From the NCBI GenBank assembly GCA_038205135.1, contig JBBRCF010000003.1, positions 1,312-65,311 of the forward strand: a stretch of 64,000 nucleotides of DNA. Direction: 5' to 3'. Below are positions 29,864 to 38,968 of the stretch, piece by piece (the stretch's first letter is position 1; each line of letters opens with the position of its first letter). The stretch comes from Rhodobacterales bacterium. Its GTDB lineage: Bacteria > Pseudomonadota > Alphaproteobacteria > Rhodobacterales > Rhodobacteraceae. Under the pieces are notes generated by a model. It did not search any database. It was not told the DNA's origin and saw only the letters and a list, made by a program, of their open reading frames with translations. The translations under genes were made by a program, and so were the position numbers.

Positions 29864-30457
29864 TTACAGGTCCTTGCGGCCCGACAGCGCGGCAAGGATC
29901 GTGCCTTCGTCAAGGAAATCCAGCTCGCCACCCACCGGCACGCCCTGACCCAGCGAGGTCAGGCGCACCCGGCTGCGCAGCTGGCCGGCGATGTAATGCG
30001 CGGTGGTCTGGCCGTCGATGGTGGCGGGCAACGCAAGGATCACCTCGGTCACGCCATCATCCGCCACGCGGGTCAGCAGGCGCGGGATCCGCAACTGATC
30101 GGGGCCCACCTGATCCAGCGCCGACAAGGTGCCGCCCAGAACGTGGTACCGCCCTTTGAAGGCACGGGCGCGTTCCATCGCCCACAGGTCAGCCACGTCT
30201 TCGACCACACAGATCTGGCCGTTCTGGCGGCGCTCATCGGTGCAGATGTCGCAGGTTTCCGACGTGCCGATATTGCCGCAGGTCAGGCATTCACGCGCGG
30301 TTTCCGACACGCGGGCGATCTGGCGGGCCAGCGGTTCCAACAGCAGCGCGCGTTTGCGGATCAGGTGCAGCACGGCACGGCGCGCTGACCGGGGGCCAAG
30401 GCCGGGCAACCGCGCCATCAGGTCAATCAGGGTGTCGATATCCTTGGTGCCCTGCAT
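29864..30457 (-). CDS. recR: Recombination protein RecR
   Basis: HhH, a C4 zinc finger ([16 protein letters not shown]) and a Toprim domain. Confidence 0.95.
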   Translation of the reverse strand: MQGTKDIDTLIDLMARLPGLGPRSARRAVLHLIRKRALLLEPLARQIARVSETARECLTCGNIGTSETCDICTDERRQNGQICVVEDVADLWAMERARAFKGRYHVLGGTLSALDQVGPDQLRIPRLLTRVADDGVTEVILALPATIDGQTTAHYIAGQLRSRVRLTSLGQGVPVGGELDFLDEGTILAALSGRKDL

Positions 30458-30543
30458 GGTGTGCCTGTATGTGCCGTGACGTGTTATGCTCCGTTGTATC
30501 GTGCCCTGTCTTTGGCAGCACCCCGGAATGGTTCAAAAAGACA

Positions 30544-30888
30544 TCAGAACGGCATCTTGATGCCCGGTGGCAGGCCCAGCCCTTCGGTCAGCCGGGCCAT
30601 TTCCTGCTGGCTGAGTTCCGTGGCGCGGGTCTGGGCGTCTTTGATCGCGGCAAGGATCAGGTCCTCGACCACTTCGCGGTCTTCGGGGACGAACAGCGAT
30701 GGATCGATCGACAGCGAGGTCAGCACGCCCTTGGCGGTCGCCGTGGCGCGGACCAGCCCGCCACCCGATTCGCCGGTGACAGTGATGGTGTCCAGATCGG
30801 CCTGCAACTGGGTCAGCTTGGTCTGCATCTCTTGCGCCGTCTTCATCATCTTGGCCATGTCGCCAAGGCCGCCGAGGCCTTTCAGCAT
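30544..30888 (-). CDS. ybaB: Nucleoid-associated protein YbaB/EbfC
   Basis: 114 aa in the conserved dnaX-ybaB-recR order. Confidence 0.93.
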   Translation of the reverse strand: MLKGLGGLGDMAKMMKTAQEMQTKLTQLQADLDTITVTGESGGGLVRATATAKGVLTSLSIDPSLFVPEDREVVEDLILAAIKDAQTRATELSQQEMARLTEGLGLPPGIKMPF

Positions 30889-30956
30889 TGTCCGTCTCCT
30901 GTGGGTTGGTTTCCTGCGTTATCGCAGCCGGGCCGAAGCGCGGCAAGCGGTCTGGA

Positions 30957-32696
30957 TCAGCCGTCTTCGAACGGGTCCCATTCATCCTCGACCTCGGGCA
31001 AGGCCTGCGCGCTGGCGGCCAGAGCCTGCAATTCCGGCGTGCGGATCGCGCTGATCCGCGCCTTGGGAAAGGCGGCCAGCACGGATTGCACCAGCGGGTG
31101 CTGCACGGCGGCGACGCGCAGGCGGGTGTCGTCAGCATCACGCGCCTCGGCGATGGTCGGGGAGGTGGCGGTGTTCACCAGCGTGACGGCCCAGCGGGTG
31201 CCGGTCCAGCCTTGCAGCCGCGCGGCCAGCCGGGCGGGCAGGTCGGCGGGGGCGTCGGGCGTCGGCGTCAGTTCGATGCGGCCGGGACGGTAGGCGGCCA
31301 GCCGCAGGCAGGCTTCCACCTGTATCAGCAACTGCATGTCGCGGTTGGCGCGGATCAGGTCCACGACATGGTCAAAGGTAGGAAAGCGGGCCAGCGCCGA
31401 GTCGGTCGCCAGCGCGGGCAACGCGCCGCCGGACGGGGCGGCGCGCGCGACCGCGTTGGTTACGGGCCCGCCCGATTGTGGCGGTGTCACCGGAAATCGC
31501 GGCGGCGCACCTTTCGGCATCGCGTCGTCCAGCCGGCGGCGCAGATCCTCGGGCGATGGCAGGTCGGCGACATGGGTCATACGGATCACCGCCATTTCGG
31601 CGGCCATCATCGCGTTGGGGGCGGCGGCCACTTCTTCCAGCGCCTTCAGCAGCATCTGCCACATCCGCGCCAGCACCCGCATCGACAGCGTGCCCGCCAT
31701 CGCCTGTCCGCGGGCGCGTTCATCGGGCGACACGGTGGGGTCCATCGCGGCCTCGGGCGTCAGTTTGACGACCGATACCCAATGCGTGACTTCGGCCAGA
31801 TCGCGCAGCACCGCGACCGGATCGGCACCGTCGGCGTATTGTGCGCCCAGTTCGGCCAGCGCGCCCGCCGCATCGCCCTGCATCACCAGATCGAACAGGT
31901 CCATCACCCGGCCGCGGTCTGCCAGACCCAGCATGGCGCGCACCTGATCGGCACTGGTTTCGCCCGCGCCGTGCGAAATCGCCTGATCCAGCAGCGAGGT
32001 GGCATCGCGGGCAGAGCCTTCGGCGGCGCGCGTGATCAGCGCGAGCGCGTCATCGGTGATCTGCGCGCCCTCGGACGCGGCGATGCGTCGTAACAGGGTC
32101 AGCATCACCTCGGGTTCGATGCGGCGCAGGTCGAACCGCTGGCAGCGGGACAACACCGTCACCGGAACCTTGCGGATTTCGGTGGTGGCAAAGATGAATT
32201 TCACATGCGGCGGCGGTTCTTCCAGCGTTTTCAACAGCGCGTTGAACGCGCTGGTGGACAGCATGTGCACTTCGTCGATGATGTAGATCTTGTAGCGGGC
32301 GGAGGCCGCGCGATAGGCGACGCTGTCGATGATTTCTCGGATGTCGCCCACGCCGGTGCGGGACGCGGCGTCCATTTCCATCACATCGACATGGCGGCCC
32401 TCCATGATCGCCACGCAATGTTCGCAACGCCCGCAGGGATCGGTGGTCGGCCCGCCGGTGCCATCCGGGCCGATGCAGTTCATGCCTTTGGCGATGATCC
32501 GCGCGGTGGTGGTCTTGCCGGTGCCCCGGATGCCCGTCATGACGAACGCCTGCGCGATCCGCCCCGCCGCAAAAGCGTTCTGCAAGGTCCGCACCATCGC
32601 ATCCTGCCCGACCAGATCGGCGAATGTCTCGGGCCGGTATTTGCGGGCCAGCACCTGATAGGGTCTGGCGGTCTGGGTTTCGCTTTCGGGGGTCAT
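30957..32696 (-). CDS. dnaX: DNA polymerase III subunit gamma/tau
   Basis: YRPETFADLVGQ, Walker A GIRGTGKTT, a zinc module (CGRCEHC) and DEVHML. The start is at MTPESE. Confidence 0.93.
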   Translation of the reverse strand: MTPESETQTARPYQVLARKYRPETFADLVGQDAMVRTLQNAFAAGRIAQAFVMTGIRGTGKTTTARIIAKGMNCIGPDGTGGPTTDPCGRCEHCVAIMEGRHVDVMEMDAASRTGVGDIREIIDSVAYRAASARYKIYIIDEVHMLSTSAFNALLKTLEEPPPHVKFIFATTEIRKVPVTVLSRCQRFDLRRIEPEVMLTLLRRIAASEGAQITDDALALITRAAEGSARDATSLLDQAISHGAGETSADQVRAMLGLADRGRVMDLFDLVMQGDAAGALAELGAQYADGADPVAVLRDLAEVTHWVSVVKLTPEAAMDPTVSPDERARGQAMAGTLSMRVLARMWQMLLKALEEVAAAPNAMMAAEMAVIRMTHVADLPSPEDLRRRLDDAMPKGAPPRFPVTPPQSGGPVTNAVARAAPSGGALPALATDSALARFPTFDHVVDLIRANRDMQLLIQVEACLRLAAYRPGRIELTPTPDAPADLPARLAARLQGWTGTRWAVTLVNTATSPTIAEARDADDTRLRVAAVQHPLVQSVLAAFPKARISAIRTPELQALAASAQALPEVEDEWDPFEDG

Positions 32697-32840
32697 GCGG
32701 GCTCCTGCGATCAGATGCAAGGTAAGGCAGGCACACAGGCGGCGCAATCACGCCCAGCCGGATTTGCGGCCATGATTTCCCGGCTTTGCCTTTGGGGTTG
32801 AACATGGCAGGCTTGGAGCAAGGAACATGTGAGGTGCAAG

Positions 32841-33671
32841 ATGCGGTTGCGGGGTGTGCGGGAAAGCCGGAACGTCGAAGATCGGCGGCGGTCGAGCGGT
32901 GGCGGCGCGGCGCGGATCGGTGGTGTCGGGCTGCTGTTGGTGCTGGCGCTGGGCTATTTCACCGGGGTCGATGTGACGCCGCTGTTGCAAGGCGGTGATA
33001 CGACTGGGGCCCCGCGCGAAACGACCGCCGCCGAAGACCACGAGGCGCAGTTTTCATCCCAGGTTCTGGCCACCACCGAACAGGTCTGGACCGAGGTGTT
33101 CCGGGACCAGTTGGGCCGCGGCTATCAGCCACCAGTTCTGGTGCTGTTTGCCGGCGTCACGCAATCGCCCTGTGGTGGCGCGTCGGGGGCGACGGGGCCA
33201 TTTTACTGCCCGGTGGACCAGAAAGCCTATCTGGACACCGATTTCTTTGCCACCATGGCCAACCAACTGGGCGCAAAGGGCGATTTTGCCGCCGCTTATG
33301 TAATCGCCCACGAGGTCGCGCATCATGTGCAGAACCAGTTGGGCATCCTGCCTCAGGTCAACCAGCGCCGCATGGCCGTCGGCGAGGCTGAGGCCAACGC
33401 TCTGACGGTGCGGCTGGAATTGCAGGCGGATTGTCTTGCCGGGATTTGGGCGCGGGCGGTCGATGGGCTTTTGGAGCCCGGCGATCTGGAAGAAGCGCTG
33501 AACGCCGCCCGCCAGATCGGCGATGACACGTTGCAGAAACGCGCGGGTCGCGTGCCGCAGCCGCACACATTTACCCATGGCACCAGCGCGCAACGGATGA
33601 AGTGGTTCGCCACCGGGTATCAAACCGGCCGCGTGCAGGATTGCGACACTTTCGCGGCGCGGGCGCTGTAA
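32841..33671 (+). CDS. ypfJ: YpfJ-family putative neutral zinc metallopeptidase
   Basis: N-terminal MRLRGVRESRNVEDRR and the HEVAHH zinc motif. Confidence 0.85.
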   Translation: MRLRGVRESRNVEDRRRSSGGGAARIGGVGLLLVLALGYFTGVDVTPLLQGGDTTGAPRETTAAEDHEAQFSSQVLATTEQVWTEVFRDQLGRGYQPPVLVLFAGVTQSPCGGASGATGPFYCPVDQKAYLDTDFFATMANQLGAKGDFAAAYVIAHEVAHHVQNQLGILPQVNQRRMAVGEAEANALTVRLELQADCLAGIWARAVDGLLEPGDLEEALNAARQIGDDTLQKRAGRVPQPHTFTHGTSAQRMKWFATGYQTGRVQDCDTFAARAL

Positions 33672-33674
33672 GGC

Positions 33675-34130
33675 GTGGCGTTCGGGTTGTATTCGCTGCC
33701 CGTGCTGGCGGGTGAACTGGCGATTGCGCCCGTGCCGGGGCCGGGCGATCTGGACACGATCCGCGTCTGGGGGCCGGCGCAGGTCGTGACGCTATTGACC
33801 GATGCCGAGATGGCGTTGCTGACCCTGCAGCCGTTTGGCGAGGCGGTCGGCGCGCGCTGGTGGCATCTGCCGATTGCGGATTACGGCACGCCCGATGGTG
33901 ACACCTTGGCGCGCTGGCCCGTTGTTTCCGGTGTCTTGCTGGCAGCCCTGGCGCAGGGGCAGCGTGTCATGATCCATTGCCGTGGCGGCTGTGGCCGGTC
34001 CGGCATGATGGCGCTGCGGCTGATGATCGACGCCGGCGAAGCAGCCGATACCGCATTGGCCCGTTTGCGGGCGGTGCGGCCCTGTGCCGTGGAAACCGAC
34101 GCGCAAATGGCATGGGCCACAGCCCCTTAA
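33675..34130 (+). CDS. Cys-based protein phosphatase (dual-specificity/PTP-like)
   Basis: CX5R P-loop HCRGGCGRSG; 151 aa. Confidence 0.7.
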   Translation: MAFGLYSLPVLAGELAIAPVPGPGDLDTIRVWGPAQVVTLLTDAEMALLTLQPFGEAVGARWWHLPIADYGTPDGDTLARWPVVSGVLLAALAQGQRVMIHCRGGCGRSGMMALRLMIDAGEAADTALARLRAVRPCAVETDAQMAWATAP

Positions 34131-35152
34131 CGCGACGGCGGTTTGCGGTGGGTGCGGCTGATGCGGCGAGCCTCGGCGCGGGTTTTGCCGACGATTTCGG
34201 CGTTCAGCGCGTCTTCGTCGCGCAGTTTCTGCCAGCGGGCCAGCCGGTCGGGGTCCACGGTGCCGGCGGCCACCCCCGCCAGCAGGGCACAGCCCGGTTC
34301 GTGCAGATGCGTGCAATCGCGGAACCGGCAGCCCTCGGCCAGCGTCGCCAGATCGGCGAACACCCGTTCGATGCCCAGCGTCACGTCATGCAGCCCGATT
34401 TCGCGCATGCCCGGCATGTCGATCACCCAGCCACCTGTCGGCAACGGCAGCAGTGACCGCGAGGTGGTGGTGTGGCGGCCCTTCTGGTCGCCCTTGCGCA
34501 CGCCTGCGGTGGCCTGATCGCCATCCGTCAGCGTGTTCAGCAGCGTGGATTTCCCGACGCCCGACGACCCGACAAACGCGACCGTCTGCCCCGGCCCCAG
34601 CCATTCCGCTAGTTGCGCGGCGGCATCGGGGGCGCGCGCGTCCAACACGACAACACCCGCCAATGCAGGCGACAAGGCGCGGGCGCGGGTGGCATAATCT
34701 GCAGGCGGGGCATCGGCCAAATCAGGCTTGGTCAGCAGGATCACCGGGGCCACACCCGCATCTAGCGCCAGCGCCAGATAGCGTTCCAGTCGCGCCGGGT
34801 TGAAATCGGCGTTGCACGACGTGGTGATGAACAACGTATCGACGTTGGCGCAGATCAGCTGGGTTTTCAGTTCCACCCCGGCGGCGCGGCGTTGCAACAG
34901 GGCGCGGCGGGGCAGGATGCGGATGATCAAACCGGTTTCGTCCGCCGTCACCCAATCGCCCACCGCCAGTGTGCCCGATTGCGTCGATGGGCCCAGACCC
35001 AGCGGTCGGTCGCCATCCGGGCCCAGCCCGGTCGCGGCAGATCGCTGCACCGACGCCACGCGCCAGATCGTGCCGCCATCAGCCAGAGCGACATCGTCGG
35101 CGTCCAATCCGTGCGCGACGGCCCATTCGGCATGGGGCGGCAGCGTCGTCAT
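34127..35152 (-). CDS. rsgA: Ribosome small-subunit-dependent GTPase A
   Basis: Circularly permuted GTPase motifs (LLTKPDL, GSSGVGKSTL, DMPG) and a C-terminal zinc knuckle (CRFRDCTHLHEPGC). I chose the start at 35152 because the ORF-track start at 35182 would lie inside ffs. Confidence 0.85.
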   Translation of the reverse strand: MTTLPPHAEWAVAHGLDADDVALADGGTIWRVASVQRSAATGLGPDGDRPLGLGPSTQSGTLAVGDWVTADETGLIIRILPRRALLQRRAAGVELKTQLICANVDTLFITTSCNADFNPARLERYLALALDAGVAPVILLTKPDLADAPPADYATRARALSPALAGVVVLDARAPDAAAQLAEWLGPGQTVAFVGSSGVGKSTLLNTLTDGDQATAGVRKGDQKGRHTTTSRSLLPLPTGGWVIDMPGMREIGLHDVTLGIERVFADLATLAEGCRFRDCTHLHEPGCALLAGVAAGTVDPDRLARWQKLRDEDALNAEIVGKTRAEARRISRTHRKPPSR

Positions 35153-35164
35153 GCGCAAAGGGAG

Positions 35165-35265
35165 GGGTGAGAGGCTGGACAACGACCCAAGTGGGGCTCG
35201 TTACGGCTGCTTCCTTCCGGATCTGACCGGGTTGGCGAGGCACCTGCCCGCGCCAACCTCTCGAA
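35165..35265 (-). ncRNA. ffs: Signal recognition particle RNA (4.5S/small SRP RNA)
   Basis: The minus strand reads GGUCAGAUCCGGAAGGAAGCAGCCGUAAC, the universal domain IV motif with a GGAA tetraloop. It is closed by a 10-bp terminal helix, GAGAGGUUGG (35262-35253) pairing with CCAGCCUCUC (35178-35169). The core is about 94 nt. Confidence 0.82.
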
Positions 35266-35269
35266 CGCA

Positions 35270-35298
35270 GATATAGGCAAAGCGTCACGCGACCGCAA
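35270..35298 (-). promoter_or_regulatory. Sigma-70-type promoter for ffs (TTGCGG-17 bp-TATATC)
   Basis: On the minus strand the -35 is at 35298-35293 and the -10 at 35275-35270. This places the start about 7 nt downstream, at the first G of the SRP terminal helix. Confidence 0.55.
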
Positions 35299-35425
35299 GG
35301 GCCGGGTCACAGGCAGTGTCACTGGCCGGTTCAAGGGCCGTTTTAAGGACGGATGCAATGTGATGCTGCGGGTCATGTCGAGCTTAAACCACAGGCGCGC
35401 GGCGGTGTCGAACGGCTCTGCACCG

Positions 35426-37285
35426 TCACAACGTCAGTCGGAACCGGGCAAACCCGTCAGGTGCGCGCCCAATGGCCTGCAGCCCCGGCGCCTCGGTCAG
35501 ATAGGCATAGGCGCGCGGCCCGGTTTCAAACAGGGCCGTGGTGCCCGGCATCGGCACGAACCGCCAGACGGGATCGGTTTGGGGCGTGATCCGGTGCTGG
35601 AGCTGCACATAGTCGGTCAGCACCGACAGGTTGCTGTCGCGCACCGGCAAGGCGTGTTCGCGGGACGCCAGATTGGTAAAGAACCCGCCGCCCGCCGCGC
35701 GATAGCTGTTTGTGGCCACCACGACGCGTGCATCGCGTTCCAACGGTCGCCCGCCGATGCACAGATTGGTGATCCGCGTCGCACCCGGCACGATGGTGCT
35801 GCCGTCCGGGTCATAACGGGCGGGCTGCGTCAGGTCGATGCCATAGGTCAGGCCAAAGATGACGTCGAAATTATAGCTGGGGAAATCGGTGCGGATCAGC
35901 GGCTGGTCGGGTTTGCCGGGGATCAGGCGATGAAACATGCCCGCCGACCGTTCCAGCCAATCAGCAATCTGGGCCCCGGTGACGACAACAGCCGCCAGCA
36001 TGTTGGGGTAAGGGTAAAGGTCGGCCAGATGCCGGATGGTCAGCAGACCAATGGCGATATCGGTATAATTGTCGGCCCCGCCGCGGCCACCGGCGCGAAA
36101 CGGAGCGACGGCGGACAGCAGGGGCAGGTCGGCCAGCGGTCCATCCGCCAGCAACGCGCGCAGCCGGTGCGTCTGCGCCTCCGCCACAACCCGCAACGCG
36201 GTGCAGTCGCCGATCTGCACGAAATAGCTGTGCAATGGCTGGACGGTTTCGCCGACCTTGCGTCGGATATGGGTCAGCGTGCGGTCATGCGCGGCACTCA
36301 GCGTGCGGGCGAAGGCGGGCGCCGGGCGCGGACCCGGTTCGGGCGGGGCGGGCAGACTGCGCAGGGTCACCTGTGACCCGGTCACCCCCCACCGCCCGCC
36401 GATCTGGCCCAGGGTCAGGTCAATGATCCCCAGATGCCGCGCGGACGTGCCGGCCATGACGGCGGGTTTCCCCTGCAGCAGGCCCGACACCGCATCGACA
36501 CCCGCCAGACCGGCAAAGTCAGGCCCCGGAAACAGCCGGTGCTGGTGCCCGCACAGCACCGCGTCGATACCGGGCAGGGCCGCCACCAGCAGCGCGGTGT
36601 TTTCTGCGGCGGGTTCATCGGGCGGGGCGATGCCGGTATGGTTCAGCGCAACCACGATATCAGCGCCACAGGCGCGCAGATTGGCCACCATGCGCCGCGC
36701 CGTCGCCACCGGATCGTCGAATTCCAACTTGCACCTGACGTGATCCCGCCCCCAGACCGCGATCAGTGGTGGAACGATCCCGAACAGGCCGACCCGGACA
36801 GTCGCAAGGCGTCCGGCCTGATCGCGCAGGCGGCGCCTCAGCAGCACCGAGGGCGCAAACAGTGATGGTGCTGTCGCGGACAGCTCGCGCAGATTGGCGC
36901 AGGTCATCGGAAACCGGGCCTGTGCGATCACGGCGCGCAACAGGGGCAGGCCAAAGTCGAATTCATGGTTGCCCGGGGCGGCCACGTCATAGCGCAGCAG
37001 GTTCATGGCCGCGACAACGGGGTGCAGGGCATCGGGATCACGGGCGTGATCCTGCGCCGCGACGTCGCACACCGGGGTCCCTTGCAGGAAATCCCCGCTG
37101 TCGCACAGGATGCTGCCCGGCACTTCGGCGCGGGCGGTGGCGATCAGCCGGGCCAGCCGGTCCATCCCGCAATGCGGGTCGGGCCGGTCCTGAAAATAAT
37201 CGTAGCCCAATATCTGCCCGTGCAGGTCCGTGGTCTGCATCAGGCGCAGATGCAGGGTTCGAGCGGGGGCTATTCGACTACGCAT
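35426..37285 (-). CDS. CpdB-like bifunctional 2',3'-cyclic-nucleotide 2'-phosphodiesterase/3'-nucleotidase (calcineurin-like metallophosphoesterase plus 5'-nucleotidase C domain)
   Basis: LMQTTDLHG, GDFLQG and GNHEFD motifs. The ATG at 37285 is preceded by AAGGGGGG. There is no obvious signal peptide. Confidence 0.85.
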   Translation of the reverse strand: MRSRIAPARTLHLRLMQTTDLHGQILGYDYFQDRPDPHCGMDRLARLIATARAEVPGSILCDSGDFLQGTPVCDVAAQDHARDPDALHPVVAAMNLLRYDVAAPGNHEFDFGLPLLRAVIAQARFPMTCANLRELSATAPSLFAPSVLLRRRLRDQAGRLATVRVGLFGIVPPLIAVWGRDHVRCKLEFDDPVATARRMVANLRACGADIVVALNHTGIAPPDEPAAENTALLVAALPGIDAVLCGHQHRLFPGPDFAGLAGVDAVSGLLQGKPAVMAGTSARHLGIIDLTLGQIGGRWGVTGSQVTLRSLPAPPEPGPRPAPAFARTLSAAHDRTLTHIRRKVGETVQPLHSYFVQIGDCTALRVVAEAQTHRLRALLADGPLADLPLLSAVAPFRAGGRGGADNYTDIAIGLLTIRHLADLYPYPNMLAAVVVTGAQIADWLERSAGMFHRLIPGKPDQPLIRTDFPSYNFDVIFGLTYGIDLTQPARYDPDGSTIVPGATRITNLCIGGRPLERDARVVVATNSYRAAGGGFFTNLASREHALPVRDSNLSVLTDYVQLQHRITPQTDPVWRFVPMPGTTALFETGPRAYAYLTEAPGLQAIGRAPDGFARFRLTL

Positions 37286-37435
37286 GTGCATCCCCCCTTG
37301 CCTGATACAGGCGCCCTGCAAACCCGGGCGTTCCCCATGGTTAACACATCTGCGGACCCTAAATCATCCACAGGTTGTGACCAAGTTCAAGATCACCCTT
37401 TGCAGAATATTGCGTTTTGTGGCCAAGCCCCTTTT

Positions 37436-38437
37436 ATGGCGGCGACAGCAATGAAAGGGATCGCGATGGGTTGGGCGGATGGTGTGACATTCGGCGGATC
37501 GGGGTTGGATCGTGCAGCGGAATTGCGGGGCGATGCGGCGGGGTTGGCGGCGTTGTGTGCCGATCCGGCGTCACGCGCCATCGTCCTGTGGCGCGGCAAG
37601 CCGCTGGTGCGACATGGAGCCGGGGGCACGGATCTGGTGCGGTTGGCCATGGATCATCCGGTGCTGGCCTCGGCTGCGCCATCGCCGATCTTTCTGGGTC
37701 GCGAGGATGGCGGCGTCGTAATGGCCCATGACCTGTCGGACTGGGTACCGGACGGTGTCGATCCGGCGGCGCTGGCTGGGTTTTCCGACCGGTCCGAACA
37801 GCAGCACCCCGGCCTGCCCGTCGGTGATGTGTTCGCGGAACTGCGTGCGGTGATGACCCGGCTGACGCCGCGCGATGCCGAACTGGCGGCGACAGTGCGT
37901 GCCGTGCAGGGCTGGCATGACGGCCATGGTTTCTGCGCGCGGTGTGGTGTCGCCAGTGTCATCACGCAGGCGGGGTGGCAACGCGACTGCCCGGCGTGCG
38001 GCGCGCATCATTTCCCGCGCACCGATCCGGTGGTGATCATGGCGGTGATGCATGGCAACCGGATGCTGATGGGGCGGTCGCCTGGTTGGCCCGACCGCAT
38101 GTATTCACTGCTGGCGGGGTTCATCGAACCCGGCGAGACCATCGAGGCCGCCGTGCGCCGCGAAACTCTGGAAGAGGCGGGCATCCGCGTCGGGGCCGTA
38201 CGCTATGTGGCCAGCCAGCCGTGGCCGTTTCCGGCGTCGCTGATGCTGGCGTGCGCGGCGGACGCAGAGACAGAGACCATCACCGTCGATCCCCATGAAC
38301 TGGAAGACGCGCTGTGGATCAGCCGCGAAGATATGGCGCAGGTCTTTGCCGGCACCCATCCGCAGATCGGCCCGGCCCGCAAGGGCGCGATTGCGCATCA
38401 CGTGCTGTCGTTGTGGCTTGCGGACAAGCTGGTTTGA
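37436..38437 (+). CDS. nudC: NAD(+) diphosphatase NudC (NADH pyrophosphatase)
   Basis: Zinc ribbon CARCG...CPACG followed by the Nudix box GFIEPGETIEAAVRRETLEEAGI. The upstream 157 codons of the ORF-track frame are antisense to the cpdB-like gene and were rejected. The start could also be 37451 or 37466. Confidence 0.85.
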   Translation: MAATAMKGIAMGWADGVTFGGSGLDRAAELRGDAAGLAALCADPASRAIVLWRGKPLVRHGAGGTDLVRLAMDHPVLASAAPSPIFLGREDGGVVMAHDLSDWVPDGVDPAALAGFSDRSEQQHPGLPVGDVFAELRAVMTRLTPRDAELAATVRAVQGWHDGHGFCARCGVASVITQAGWQRDCPACGAHHFPRTDPVVIMAVMHGNRMLMGRSPGWPDRMYSLLAGFIEPGETIEAAVRRETLEEAGIRVGAVRYVASQPWPFPASLMLACAADAETETITVDPHELEDALWISREDMAQVFAGTHPQIGPARKGAIAHHVLSLWLADKLV

Positions 38438-38485
38438 GGTGAAAATGCCTGAAATGACTGGGGCAACCGGCAGGCAGGCATCAGG

Positions 38486-38965
38486 ATGCAGTTCACCTCA
38501 AAGGAAGACATCGAGGGCCCGATCGACCGGGTTTTCGCCATGATCACCGATTTCGATAGTTTCGAAAGGGCTGCGATGCGGCGCGGCGCCGAAGTGGCGC
38601 GCACCGACAAGTTGCGTTTGCCGCCCCAGTCGCCTGGCTGTGCCGGCATGGCCTGGAAGGCCCGGTTCAAACTGCGCGGGCGCGACCGGGTCCTCACGCT
38701 CAATCTGGTGTCGCTGGAGGTGCCGAATGGCTACCGGGTCGATTTCACCGTATCCGGTCTGGATGGCGATCTGGCGATCGATCTGGTGTCGATGTCACGC
38801 AACCGCACCCGGATGACCGTGGCGATGGAACTGCGGCCGAGGACGCTGGCAGCGCGGCTGCTGGTGCAATCGCTGAAACTCGCGCGCACCAACCTGAGCA
38901 AACGTTTCGCGCTGCGGGTGGCAGATTATGCCAAGCAACTGGAAGACCGGCTGCGCGCCGCGTAA
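38486..38965 (+). CDS. SRPBCC (START/polyketide cyclase-like) family protein
   Basis: 159 aa; the N-terminus (F..E..I.GP.D.VF..ITDF) is typical of SRPBCC proteins. Confidence 0.6.
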   Translation: MQFTSKEDIEGPIDRVFAMITDFDSFERAAMRRGAEVARTDKLRLPPQSPGCAGMAWKARFKLRGRDRVLTLNLVSLEVPNGYRVDFTVSGLDGDLAIDLVSMSRNRTRMTVAMELRPRTLAARLLVQSLKLARTNLSKRFALRVADYAKQLEDRLRAA

Positions 38966-38968
38966 ACG

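Noticed and set aside
30957-32696. Programmed -1 frameshift site in dnaX (A_AAA_AAG type, as in E. coli)
   Set aside because: Reading the gene, I did not see a run corresponding to AAAAAAG on the coding strand. A single tau-length product is assumed.
32740-32812. Hairpins (GGCG-caatca-CGCC; AGCCGG...CCGGCT) upstream of dnaX, considered as the SRP RNA gene because ffs often precedes dnaX
   Set aside because: Neither strand contains the GGAAGCAGC domain IV motif. The real ffs is at 35165-35265, so this is more likely just the dnaX/ypfJ divergent promoter region.
35230-35258. GGTTGGCG...CGCCAACC hairpin, first read as a terminator for the cpdB-like gene
   Set aside because: It lies inside the SRP RNA 5' arm. 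The terminal-helix pairing GAGAGGUUGG/CCAGCCUCUC and the conserved apical motif explain the sequence better.
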